Part shown: positions 44,824 to 53,751 of the stretch, piece by piece
Position numbering within the stretch: the stretch's first letter is position 1
Layout: each line of letters opens with the position of its first letter
Sequence record: ON529855.1
Reading direction: 5' to 3' (one strand)
Length of the DNA: 64,000 nucleotides
Translations under genes and position numbers: made by a program
Notes under the pieces: model-generated
What the model was told of the DNA's origin: nothing
The model's database searches: none
What the model saw: only the letters and a program-made list of their open reading frames with translations

Positions 44824-46154
44824 GCGGTCAGGACCTTTTCGAGTTCGGCCGCGCCGCCGAGGAAATCGGCCTCGTGGAAGAACTCCTCGGTGCCGACGCC
44901 GACACCGGCGTGGACGGCGCCGACGTCGAACACCAGCGGGAAGGTGCGCCAGCCCGGTTTGGCTGCTTCCTTGAGACGCGCGCGTTCTTCCGCGTCCTCG
45001 ATCAGATGGAACTCGACCTTATGGTCCGATCCCAGCAGCAGGGCCTTGGCCTTGTCGCAGTAGGGGCAGTTCGGCATGGTGTAGACCACGAACGCCTTCG
45101 GCAGGGCCGTAATCAGCGTCTTGGCGATCTTGCCGGCGCCGCCCTCGACCAGCAACGGACCGCGCTTCAGGAAGCTGAAGGCGTTATCCCAGCCCTGGGT
45201 CTCGCCCTTGCCGTATTCCGTCGAGCGCTGCTCGAAGAAGTTGGTGTGGGTCGGGGCGTTCATGATCCAGTCGAGCCAGTCGAACGGGTTCTCCTTGACG
45301 CCGTAGTTGGCCTTCAGGCCCAGTTGCAGCAGGCGGCGGTCGGCGATGTAACGGATATAGGCCTTGGCCTCGGCGGGCGTGACGCCCTCCACGCCGCCCA
45401 GGGAGAAGGCTTGGTCGATGAAGGCGTCTTCCAGGTCCACCATGTCGCGGCAGGCCTGATAGATGCGCTGCTTGGTCTCGTCGTTCCAGATGCGCGGATG
45501 CTCCTTGATCAGTTCGTGGAGCAGCTTGATCATCGATTCGACGTGGTGGCTCTCATCGCGGATCGACCACTCGACGATCGTCGTCATGCCCTTCATCAGG
45601 CCGCGACGCTGGAACGACATCAGCAGGGCGAACGACGAGAACAACTGCATGCCTTCGCCGAAGGCCGAGAAGACGGCGATGTCGACGGCCAGATCGGAGA
45701 TGCCCTTGCCGGTGTTGCGCTCGAACATGTATTCGTGCTTGGAGCGCATAGCGGCGTAGTCCTGGAACGCCTTGAACTCGATTTCAGGCAGGCCAAGCGT
45801 GTCGATCAGAGTTGCGTAGGCGTCGATATGGTTCGCCTCGGCAGCAATGAACGACCCGATCATCATGCGCAGTTCAGGATGTTGGAAGCGCAGGGCGTAC
45901 TTCTCGAAGTAACCGCGCGCTACATCGACGTCCGCCTGAGTAAAGAACCGAAAAAGCTGGGTGAGGAGCGACTTTTCATTGTCGTTCAACTTCTTCTGCC
46001 AGTCCTTGACGTCTTCCGCCATAGGGGCTTCGTGCGGCAGCCAGTGCATGGACTGCATCGTCTTGTAGGCCTGGTAGGCCCAGGGGTAGGCGAAGGGCTT
46101 GTAGTAGTCGCGGGGCTCAAGGAGCGAAGGCTGAACGTGGGGGGCGGTGGTCAT
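44820..46154 (-). CDS. nrdB: class Ia ribonucleotide reductase beta subunit fused to C-terminal glutaredoxin
   Basis: [36 protein letters not shown]; then [13 protein letters not shown]...WRTFPLVF. Confidence 0.93.
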   Translation of the reverse strand: MTTAPHVQPSLLEPRDYYKPFAYPWAYQAYKTMQSMHWLPHEAPMAEDVKDWQKKLNDNEKSLLTQLFRFFTQADVDVARGYFEKYALRFQHPELRMMIGSFIAAEANHIDAYATLIDTLGLPEIEFKAFQDYAAMRSKHEYMFERNTGKGISDLAVDIAVFSAFGEGMQLFSSFALLMSFQRRGLMKGMTTIVEWSIRDESHHVESMIKLLHELIKEHPRIWNDETKQRIYQACRDMVDLEDAFIDQAFSLGGVEGVTPAEAKAYIRYIADRRLLQLGLKANYGVKENPFDWLDWIMNAPTHTNFFEQRSTEYGKGETQGWDNAFSFLKRGPLLVEGGAGKIAKTLITALPKAFVVYTMPNCPYCDKAKALLLGSDHKVEFHLIEDAEERARLKEAAKPGWRTFPLVFDVGAVHAGVGVGTEEFFHEADFLGGAAELEKVLTA

Positions 46155-46161
46155 GTCTATC

Positions 46162-46731
46162 TCAGATGTGGATGGGGTCGGGGGCTTGGTTGCCCCACAG
46201 AGCCCAGCCGGGTCGGGCGCGGCGGGCGAAAAGTTCGATCTTGGACGCCTCGGGGTAGAGAGCCTCGATCCGTTCGTGGACGTCGTCCGGTTTGCGGGAA
46301 TGTTCGGTTCGGGGCGCGAAGACGGTCTGGACCACCTTCTCGCTCGCCAGCTTCATCGGGCGGCCCTTGGCGACCGGAGAGGCCGCCAGGACGTATTCGG
46401 TCAGCGGCTTCACGATGGAGGGGCGCACCCCCTGGGCGCCGATGGGCGTGCCGTCCATCTTGGTCTTGATCCAGACGAACGCCACGCCGCGATAGTGCAG
46501 CTTCCAGGCGCGCAGGCAGTCGATCGCGAAGTCGAGACGCGGCGCCGTCACCCACATGAACAGGACGCCGTTGTCGGACAGTAGCTGGCGCATGGGAAAC
46601 GCCAGCAGGTCCGCGTCGGGCATCGTGGGGTAGTGGTTCGCCGCCGCGCCCATCTTGTCCTGCTGGCCGTGGTATTCCCACGGCGGGTCGGCCAGCACGA
46701 CATCGAAGGTCCCCTGAGGGAGGGCGATCAC
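46162..46731 (-). CDS. MT-A70-family adenine methyltransferase
   Basis: VLADPPW, LFMWVT, WIKT, EHSRKPD, KIELFARR...WGNQ. Confidence 0.92.
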   Translation of the reverse strand: MIALPQGTFDVVLADPPWEYHGQQDKMGAAANHYPTMPDADLLAFPMRQLLSDNGVLFMWVTAPRLDFAIDCLRAWKLHYRGVAFVWIKTKMDGTPIGAQGVRPSIVKPLTEYVLAASPVAKGRPMKLASEKVVQTVFAPRTEHSRKPDDVHERIEALYPEASKIELFARRARPGWALWGNQAPDPIHI

Positions 46732-46735
46732 GCCC

Positions 46736-49561
46736 TTACCCTTCGCACGCGATGCAGGTGCTGTCGTCGAGCGGGTTGGCGCTGAGGCCGTTCGACGGCG
46801 GCGCCTCGTAGGCCTCGATCACCTTGCGCTCCACCTTGGAGTTGGTGTTCTCGGCGCGACGCGGCGTCGTCGAACGGTAATAGTAGAGGCTCTTCAGCGG
46901 CGCGCCCTCGCCGTCCGGGTCCCAGGCCATGTAGTGGACCTCGGTCGCATAGCCGGCGTCGGCGTCGTGCGGGAAGGCCAGGTTGATCGACTGCGCCTGG
47001 TCGATTTCACCCTGACGGTCACGGGCGTGCTGGACGACCCAGCGCATATCCAGTTCCGTGAAGGTCTTGAACACGGCGCGGACGTGATCCCAGTCGTCGG
47101 CGTCCACGAAGGTGCCGAAGATGTCGTAGACCGCCGGCTCGCCCAGCTTCTCGATACGCACGCCCAGGTTCTGGATCGACCCCTCGTCCGCGACGATGGC
47201 CTTCCAGACCTCGGCCGTATCCAGGTTCCGCTTGCGCAGTTCACGGATCAGGAAGGGGTTCTTGACCGCGAAGGACCCCGACAGGGTCTTCTGGAGGTAG
47301 GCGTTGGCGCGCCAGGGTTCGACCGACGGCGAGGTGTTGCCGCACAGGATCGAGGACGAGGCGTTCGGCGCGATCGCCAGCTTGTGGGCGAAGCGTTCGC
47401 CGGTGCCGGCCATGTCCGGAGCCTCGCCGCGCTCGGCGCCCAGGACCAGCGAAGCCTGATCGGCGTCCGCCCGGATGTGGCGGAAGATCAGCTTGTTGAT
47501 CTCGCGCGCCGCATTCGATTCGAACGCGATCATCTTGCGCTGGAGCAGGGCGTGGAAGCCGAGCAGGCCCAGACCCACCGACCGCTCCTGGGTCGCCGAA
47601 TAGACCGCATAGGCCAGTTCCGGCGGGGCGTCGTTGATGAAGACCTCCAGGCAGTTGTCAAGCATCCGCATCAGGTCAGGGATGAACTCCGGCACCGTGC
47701 TCCACTCGGGATACTTCTCGCCGTTCACCGACGACAGGCAGCAGACGGCGGTGCGCTTGGCGCCCGTGTCGTCGCGGCCGGTCGCCAGGGTGATTTCGGT
47801 GCAGTTGCCGGTCAGCAGGCCGTTGAAGACGCCGCGCGACCGCTGGGATTCGGTGAAGCAGAAGGTGTCCGACTTCCAGGCGAGAGGCTGGACGTCGACG
47901 ACGACCGGCAGAGGGGTCAGCTTGCCGATGTGATCTTCCGGCAAACGTGACTCCTGCTTGACCAGCAGGCCCTTGTTCGCCAGGCGATGCACGTCATAGA
48001 CGTTCAGCATGAAGCCGGCGCCGGTGTCGGTGATGCGCACGCGCGGGGTCAGACCGGCCTCCAGGGCCGCCAGGCGCATTTCGCGCACCAGGTCGGCGTC
48101 GGTCGTGGCGACCGACAGGTAATCCCGGAACCCGGTGGCGTCCGCCTGGTCCAGTTCGATCCACTCGCCCGCCGCATCCATGACGCCGGCGAACCAGGCC
48201 AGACGCGCCTCTTGCGACCAGCGCAGGGGCGCGCGGCCCGACGGGATCGTCTGGGGTTCGAAGCGGATGTAGAGACCTTCCGCGACCGTGTCGGCCTGGG
48301 AGTCCACCGACACCGACAACAGCCGCTTCAGGACGCCCACGTCGGTCTCCCGCGCGAACACCGACAGGCGGTTCTTGTCCTCGAAACCGGTGAAGGTCGC
48401 ATAGCCCGCCGTGTAGGCGGTGTCGATCGAATGGGCGGCGTCGTTCGGGTTGACGACGGTCGGATGGTTGGCCGGCTCCAGGCGCAGGCCCGGCGTCAGT
48501 TCGCCGGCGCGTTTCAGGCCTTCGGTGGTGTAGAACTTGTGGTGGGGCGTGCAGTCCAGATGCGAACCGTCTTCAAACCAGACGCGCACCAGTTCCTGGG
48601 CCGTGCCGGTCTGCTCGACGGTGGTGACGCTCCAGTCCTCGCCGTTCCAGACCTCGACCTGCCGGCCCTTGAGGGCGCCGATCGGCGCATAACCGTCGCG
48701 GGTCAGGATTTCCGTCTGCGGCGTGACGCACAGGTTGGACTGATTGACGCGCAGGCCCTTGGCCTTCTGCGTCGCCGGCAGGGCGGCGTTGGCGTGATCG
48801 ACGAAGAACAGATAGGGCTCGCCCGTCTGCTTGCGGGTCTCGATGATCAGGCGCCACAGAGCGCGGGCGTCCACCGTCTCGGTGACCGCCTTGGTCTTCG
48901 GGTCGACCAGATCGAACGTGCCTTCATCGCCGACGGCCCGCATGAACTCGTCGGTGATGCAGACGGCGTTGTGCAGGTTGGTGAACTTGCGGTTCTCGTC
49001 GCCGCCCGTCGGCTTGCGACCGGTGATGAACTCGACCACCTCGGGGTGGCTGATGTCCAGGTAGGCCGCGTAGGAGCCGCGACGGGTGCCGCCCTGGCTG
49101 ACCGACAGGATCAGGCGGTCGACGGTGGCGATGAAGGGGACGACGCCGGTCGAGGCCGAGCCCTTGGAGGTCTTGGCGCCGTTCGAGCGCAGGCCGCCCC
49201 AGTAGCCGCCGACGCCGCCGCCGACCGACGACAGCCAACCCGTCTCGGCCCAGTGATCGAAGATGCCGGCGCGGCTGTCTTCGGCGGTGGTCAAGAAGCA
49301 GGAGATCGGCAGGCCGCGATCGGTGCCGCCGTTCGACAGCAGCGGCGTAGCGAACATGAACCAGCCCTGGGACACGTAGTCGTACAGGCGCTGGGCATGG
49401 GCTTCATCGTCGGCGAAGGCGGCCGAGGCGCGCGCGAAGGCCTCCTGAGGCGAGGTCTCGCCAGGGATCAGGTAGCGGTCCCGGAACGTCTGAAGGGTGA
49501 ATTCATCGAACACCTCGTCGCGCGTGAGATTGAGACGAAGAGACGAGCGATCGACAGACAT
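46736..49561 (-). CDS. nrdA: class I ribonucleotide reductase alpha subunit containing an intein
   Basis: FATPLLSN, ISCF, SQGGTRRGS, extein join QSNL|CTEI, CCLSS, AIAPNASSS, KSLYYYRS, terminal CIACEG. Confidence 0.95.
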   Translation of the reverse strand: MSVDRSSLRLNLTRDEVFDEFTLQTFRDRYLIPGETSPQEAFARASAAFADDEAHAQRLYDYVSQGWFMFATPLLSNGGTDRGLPISCFLTTAEDSRAGIFDHWAETGWLSSVGGGVGGYWGGLRSNGAKTSKGSASTGVVPFIATVDRLILSVSQGGTRRGSYAAYLDISHPEVVEFITGRKPTGGDENRKFTNLHNAVCITDEFMRAVGDEGTFDLVDPKTKAVTETVDARALWRLIIETRKQTGEPYLFFVDHANAALPATQKAKGLRVNQSNLCVTPQTEILTRDGYAPIGALKGRQVEVWNGEDWSVTTVEQTGTAQELVRVWFEDGSHLDCTPHHKFYTTEGLKRAGELTPGLRLEPANHPTVVNPNDAAHSIDTAYTAGYATFTGFEDKNRLSVFARETDVGVLKRLLSVSVDSQADTVAEGLYIRFEPQTIPSGRAPLRWSQEARLAWFAGVMDAAGEWIELDQADATGFRDYLSVATTDADLVREMRLAALEAGLTPRVRITDTGAGFMLNVYDVHRLANKGLLVKQESRLPEDHIGKLTPLPVVVDVQPLAWKSDTFCFTESQRSRGVFNGLLTGNCTEITLATGRDDTGAKRTAVCCLSSVNGEKYPEWSTVPEFIPDLMRMLDNCLEVFINDAPPELAYAVYSATQERSVGLGLLGFHALLQRKMIAFESNAAREINKLIFRHIRADADQASLVLGAERGEAPDMAGTGERFAHKLAIAPNASSSILCGNTSPSVEPWRANAYLQKTLSGSFAVKNPFLIRELRKRNLDTAEVWKAIVADEGSIQNLGVRIEKLGEPAVYDIFGTFVDADDWDHVRAVFKTFTELDMRWVVQHARDRQGEIDQAQSINLAFPHDADAGYATEVHYMAWDPDGEGAPLKSLYYYRSTTPRRAENTNSKVERKVIEAYEAPPSNGLSANPLDDSTCIACEG
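47804..48730 (-). mobile_element. intein in NrdA active-site loop (309 aa), degenerate endonuclease
   Basis: Starts CVTPQTEILT, block B CTPHHKF, ends TFCFTE...GLLTGN before Cys+1; LAGLIDADG motifs eroded (YTAGYATFTG, FAGVMDAAG). Confidence 0.9.
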
Positions 49562-49732
49562 AGGCGTTTCCGAAGAAAAGGCTCTGCCCAGCAAAAAGTG
49601 CTGTCTAAACAGAGCCTTAGAGATTTAGTGAAAGGTGGTCACTCTATCGAGAAACCGGTTGATTGTCAATTATTACGGCAGTCAGTTGGGGAGATTGATT
49701 CCTTGACAGGCACTCATCCCGAAACGTGACTC

Positions 49733-49954
49733 TTACTCGTCCGCGTACTTCAGATTGGCCGCGCGCAGGATGTCCCTGACATTGCACAGCTTTCCATCCA
49801 GGGTGTAGCCCAGCTTGGTCTCCTTCATACGGGGACCGAGAATCGTCTGGGCGATCTCCATCAGAGGCGGCGGGTCGTTGAAAGGCACGACGGGGTGGTT
49901 GTCCTCGCGCGGCAGGCGCTTGGACAGTTTCTCGTTGACGGGTTTGCGAGCCAT
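49733..49954 (-). CDS. hypothetical protein
   Basis: 73 aa, packed with upstream gene. Confidence 0.7.
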   Translation of the reverse strand: MARKPVNEKLSKRLPREDNHPVVPFNDPPPLMEIAQTILGPRMKETKLGYTLDGKLCNVRDILRAANLKYADE

Positions 49955-49957
49955 AGG

Positions 49958-50239
49958 CTAGGCGGCCCCTTTACAGGTCTTGGGATGGGCGTTGTCCGGG
50001 ACGACGCAGGTGCGCTCGGTGCGGACGCAGATTTGGCGCGGATGATCGACGTCGATCCACTGTCCCTGGACCAGGCGACGGACCTGGCCCAGTTCGGTGC
50101 GGTAGGCGGCGCAGGTCGTCTCCCAGTACGGCCGGGGCTTGATCACCCCGACCGCTTTGGAGACCTCGTAGGCGCCCCCGGCCGCGCCGGCGAGCGCCAC
50201 GAACCAGAACGCGACGCGTAGCTGAGTGACGATGCGCAT
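49958..50239 (-). CDS. membrane-anchored small protein with Cys pairs
   Basis: N-terminal hydrophobic segment; four Cys. Confidence 0.65.
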   Translation of the reverse strand: MRIVTQLRVAFWFVALAGAAGGAYEVSKAVGVIKPRPYWETTCAAYRTELGQVRRLVQGQWIDVDHPRQICVRTERTCVVPDNAHPKTCKGAA

Positions 50240-50670
50240 CAGGCGCCGCGCACCCGGTCGGGATAGGCGGTATGGATCGGGCTCGGGGCCGTGATCTTGA
50301 CCTTGGTGATCCGATGCGGCGGATAGTGGACCAGCACATGCGGCTGGTTCGTCTGGACCGAGCGATAGCCCGTCGCGATGATGGCCGAGACGTGCTCGCG
50401 CGCCGCCGGCATCGACGGCAGGTCGTATTCGTAGACGAGGCCGTCGTCGATATAGACCGAGACGACCCAGTTCTGCGGAATCGTGCCGCCGCCGGCCGCA
50501 GCGGCGTCGCCAGGGCCTCCCCGATAAACGTCGCGGGGCACGGCGCTGCCGCCGCCGAGGGTCGAGACCGCCGCCTCGCCGCCGCCCACGACGACGGGAA
50601 CGTCAGCGGCGGAGGCGTAGGGACGTCCGGACGCGTCTTCGCGCCCCATGCCGAGGAAACCGGGGCTCAC
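50239..50670 (-). CDS. hypothetical protein
   Basis: GTG start, TGATG coupling. Confidence 0.65.
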   Translation of the reverse strand: MSPGFLGMGREDASGRPYASAADVPVVVGGGEAAVSTLGGGSAVPRDVYRGGPGDAAAAGGGTIPQNWVVSVYIDDGLVYEYDLPSMPAAREHVSAIIATGYRSVQTNQPHVLVHYPPHRITKVKITAPSPIHTAYPDRVRGA

Positions 50671-50673
50671 GCC

Positions 50674-51048
50674 CTAGCCCTCGACGGTCGAGACGGCCCC
50701 GGCCAGGGCTTCGTCGGCGGCGTCGGCGATCGCGTCTTCCGCCTCGCCGGCTTCAAGCTGCTGCGTGACGCTGCGCAGGGTCTCATTGACCAGGTTGACG
50801 GCGCTGCGGAAGTCTTCCGGCTGCGTCTGGATGATGTTCGACACCGCCAGGGCGATCACGTCGACGATCGACACCGGGAACGACTTGTCCGGGTAGAGTT
50901 CGTTCATCTTGGCGCCGTGCAGGCCCAGGCCGACGGTGAAACCGCCGCCGGGGGCTTCGGTCAGGGTGATGATGGCCTTGGGGGCTTCGGTCATGGCGGA
51001 CTTCTTGGCTTGACGGCGCTGGAGGCGCGACTTGGAGGAGGTGGTCAT
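50674..51048 (-). CDS. hypothetical protein
   Basis: 124 aa, phage codon usage. Confidence 0.75.
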   Translation of the reverse strand: MTTSSKSRLQRRQAKKSAMTEAPKAIITLTEAPGGGFTVGLGLHGAKMNELYPDKSFPVSIVDVIALAVSNIIQTQPEDFRSAVNLVNETLRSVTQQLEAGEAEDAIADAADEALAGAVSTVEG

Positions 51049-51060
51049 GAGACTCTTGGG

Positions 51061-51363
51061 TTAGGCGCCGAGCGGTTCGTCTTCTCGGCGCAGCAGGTGT
51101 TGAATGCGGTTGGCGGCGTCGACCTCGTTGATCGAGCCCGACGCCAGCAGTTCATCCATGCGGTCGGCGATCAGGCCCTCTTCGTCGAGGGTCAGGACCG
51201 CGAGGAGGTAGAGACCCGCCAGCGAGACGTGCTTGCGGATGTCCGGCCGTTCAGGGAAGTTGACGATCAGTTCCACGTCGGCTTCTTCGTCGTCGCCGAC
51301 GTCAAAGAGGTCCAGCGTGTATTGCCGCAGCGCGAACAGATCGTCGGTGGGGGTAGAGGACAT
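51061..51363 (-). CDS. hypothetical acidic protein
   Basis: GGAG RBS before MSSTPT. Confidence 0.7.
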   Translation of the reverse strand: MSSTPTDDLFALRQYTLDLFDVGDDEEADVELIVNFPERPDIRKHVSLAGLYLLAVLTLDEEGLIADRMDELLASGSINEVDAANRIQHLLRREDEPLGA

Positions 51364-51445
51364 GACCGGCGGTCTCCAGAACGTCATTGCCGTGATTGTT
51401 GTCAATCATTGTCATGATGGCTGGCGCCGGTCAACGGTGTTTCCC

Positions 51446-51715
51446 CTAAGAAACCCTGTCGGTTGAGGGAGTTGACCCGAAGCGCGCAGGAGGGTGCGGC
51501 AGCGGAGTCCACCATTCGTGATAGCCCGGCCAACCGCCCAGATTGACCACGGCGGTGAAGTCGCCGATCGACAGTTCGTAGCCCCGGCCCAGGCACAGGG
51601 GCGAACCGACATAGGGCGCCTCGGTGACCGGGTTGGTCCACCACAGAACGTCGCCCATGTCCTCGTGCCACTCGTCGATATGTCGGGCGTCAGGGGACGG
51701 CGGGCGCGCGGTCAT
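51446..51715 (-). CDS. hypothetical Trp/Pro-rich protein
   Basis: GGGAG RBS; ATGA coupling; C-terminal part of ORF-track 51446..52318. Confidence 0.65.
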   Translation of the reverse strand: MTARPPSPDARHIDEWHEDMGDVLWWTNPVTEAPYVGSPLCLGRGYELSIGDFTAVVNLGGWPGYHEWWTPLPHPPARFGSTPSTDRVS

Positions 51716-51933
51716 GCCCATTCTCCCTGATGCAGGCGGCTGTCGCCGTATTGGCGCTCCAGCGGGGCCTTGAAAACGACGTCCTGGGGGCCGGCGACCT
51801 TCTTGGCGTAGGGCGGGATGAAGAGCCCGGACATGCCGGGCTCGTCGATCCAATCCTGCCACTCCGACCGCGCCGCCTGCTCGACCAGATACCACTGATC
51901 GCGCACCTGGGAGAGGAAGTAGTAGCCTCGCAT
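51712..51933 (-). CDS. hypothetical protein
   Basis: TGATG coupling to thyX-like gene. Confidence 0.65.
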   Translation of the reverse strand: MRGYYFLSQVRDQWYLVEQAARSEWQDWIDEPGMSGLFIPPYAKKVAGPQDVVFKAPLERQYGDSRLHQGEWA

Positions 51934-52868
51934 CACAGGCACTCGTTCGGCACGAACTTGCGGAACTGGGCGAAGCCCTTGAGATTGCCCTGCACCCAGT
52001 CAGGCTCGACGTCGAAGGCGATGCGGGCCTGGTGCTCCAGCGGCGAGGCGTGCAACGGCGTGGCGCCGGCCAGGCGCAGATAGAGGTTGAGATCAGTGTC
52101 GATCTCGGGACGGGCGCCGTCGTGCTTGGAATAGCTGACGCGGCAGCAGCGGGCGGTGGAGATCGCCAGCAGCAGAGCATCGACCGGCGACACGCGTTCG
52201 AACGGTCCGCCCAGGTTCTTGACGCCGCACAGGGTGTCGATGATCTGGTAGGCGAGCGGATGACGATTGAGTTCGAGGACCACCCGCTTGGCGTCGGCGA
52301 TGTCGTCTTCGGTGACATAGGGCAGATGCCAGTCGCCTTCGCGCAGCAGGCGCGGTTCGGCGTCCTGGCGCGCCTGCTTGATCGCCTGGGCCAGATGCAT
52401 GATCTCGTCCTGGGCGTCGGTGTGGTCGCGCAGGGCGTCGAAGTTCGACCAGGTGGTCGAGGTGGCGACCACCTCGATATAGCCGAACCACTCCAGCGGC
52501 CGGTTGACCCACTGCTTGTGCACGTTCAGGCCGTCCTTGGCCGCCAGCAGACGGGTCTTCTCCAGGACGAAGTCCGCCATCTCTCGCCAGATCGCCTCGG
52601 CCTCGGCCTGCTTGTCCGGCGACAGGAAGTCCCCCGGCTGCATGCCGGGCTGATTGACGCGGAACTGCGGGACGTAGATGTCGGCGTCGCGGATCGTCAG
52701 CGAGGCGTGAGGAATGGCGCGGCTCGACGAAGCGTTGCGGCTGAAGACGCGGTGCGTCATGAAGTCGGCGTGCACCATGCGCGGGTAGCGCAGTTGCAGG
52801 GTGTCGATGCGCTCGCCGTCCTCGGTGATCGAGGAGGCGATGGATTTAGCGGTGATTTGAGGAATCAT
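51933..52868 (-). CDS. thyX: flavin-dependent thymidylate synthase-like (ThyX/Thy1)
   Basis: HADFMTHRVFSRNASSSRAIP, HKQWVNRPLE, STARCCRVSY, HASPLEH. Confidence 0.85.
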   Translation of the reverse strand: MIPQITAKSIASSITEDGERIDTLQLRYPRMVHADFMTHRVFSRNASSSRAIPHASLTIRDADIYVPQFRVNQPGMQPGDFLSPDKQAEAEAIWREMADFVLEKTRLLAAKDGLNVHKQWVNRPLEWFGYIEVVATSTTWSNFDALRDHTDAQDEIMHLAQAIKQARQDAEPRLLREGDWHLPYVTEDDIADAKRVVLELNRHPLAYQIIDTLCGVKNLGGPFERVSPVDALLLAISTARCCRVSYSKHDGARPEIDTDLNLYLRLAGATPLHASPLEHQARIAFDVEPDWVQGNLKGFAQFRKFVPNECL

Positions 52869-53107
52869 TCGGAAGGCTTCCAGTCCTTGGACCAGCTTTG
52901 CTTGATCGCGGCGGTGAAGAGTTGAACGGGGCGGCTGTAGAAGTCGGCGAAGGCCTCCCAGGCGTCGCCCAGGGCGCTGGGAAGGACCCAAAGGACGGTC
53001 GGGGCCATGCCGACCACCATCACCGGCACGGCGATGAAGATCACCGCCAGGCGTCGCAGGAAGGTGGAGCGGATGCCGCCGATCAGGCCGTTGGGTCCGG
53101 GAGCCAT
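52865..53107 (-). CDS. small membrane protein
   Basis: One long hydrophobic segment; coupled at both ends. Confidence 0.65.
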   Translation of the reverse strand: MAPGPNGLIGGIRSTFLRRLAVIFIAVPVMVVGMAPTVLWVLPSALGDAWEAFADFYSRPVQLFTAAIKQSWSKDWKPSE

Positions 53108-53727
53108 CAGACGATGGCCGGGCCGGTGGTGAAGGTCGCCAGCGGCACGGCGTGCGCCGGCGCCAGCAGCAGGGCGGTGTCACGCAGTTCGCGAACCGTG
53201 CGATCGTTGACGATCGTCAGGTCGACCCGCAGCAAGGGGATTTCGCGTTCCGAGGCGTGGGCGCCGTAGACGTCCATGATCTTCTGATCGTCGCCGTGGT
53301 TGTTCATCTTGCGCGGGTCGGTGATCTTGACCAGAGACGCGCCCATGGAGCGCAGCATGGCCGCCTCGTTCAGGAAGCGGCAGTCGGAACAGATCACGCC
53401 TTCGGCCCCATCACGCAGCAGGTCAGAGACCGTGCGTTCGAACGCCTTGACCCAGGTATCGTCGAGGTAGCCCCGGAACATCTCGGTGCCGATCCGCTGA
53501 AGCAGTTCGCGCGGCGATTTGAACGGATAGCGATCCAGCGGCGTCTCTTTCAGCACCGGGTCGAGCATCTCGATGTAGGAGACGCCGTAGACGCGATGGC
53601 AGACGTCCCGCACCGGGTCGGCGAAGTTGACGTGGGCGTAGCCGTAGGTTTCGGTCAGGGCTTCGGCGGCGGTGGTCTTGCCATGGCCGCGCAGTCCGGT
53701 GAACGCGATGATGGGGCGGGCGCTCAT
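53107..53727 (-). CDS. deoxynucleoside monophosphate kinase
   Basis: TGLRGHGKTT, FADPVR, SPRELLQRIGTE, SDCRFLNEA, HASE. Confidence 0.9.
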   Translation of the reverse strand: MSARPIIAFTGLRGHGKTTAAEALTETYGYAHVNFADPVRDVCHRVYGVSYIEMLDPVLKETPLDRYPFKSPRELLQRIGTEMFRGYLDDTWVKAFERTVSDLLRDGAEGVICSDCRFLNEAAMLRSMGASLVKITDPRKMNNHGDDQKIMDVYGAHASEREIPLLRVDLTIVNDRTVRELRDTALLLAPAHAVPLATFTTGPAIV

Positions 53728-53751
53728 GGGCGCAGTCCTTTCAGGCAAGGG

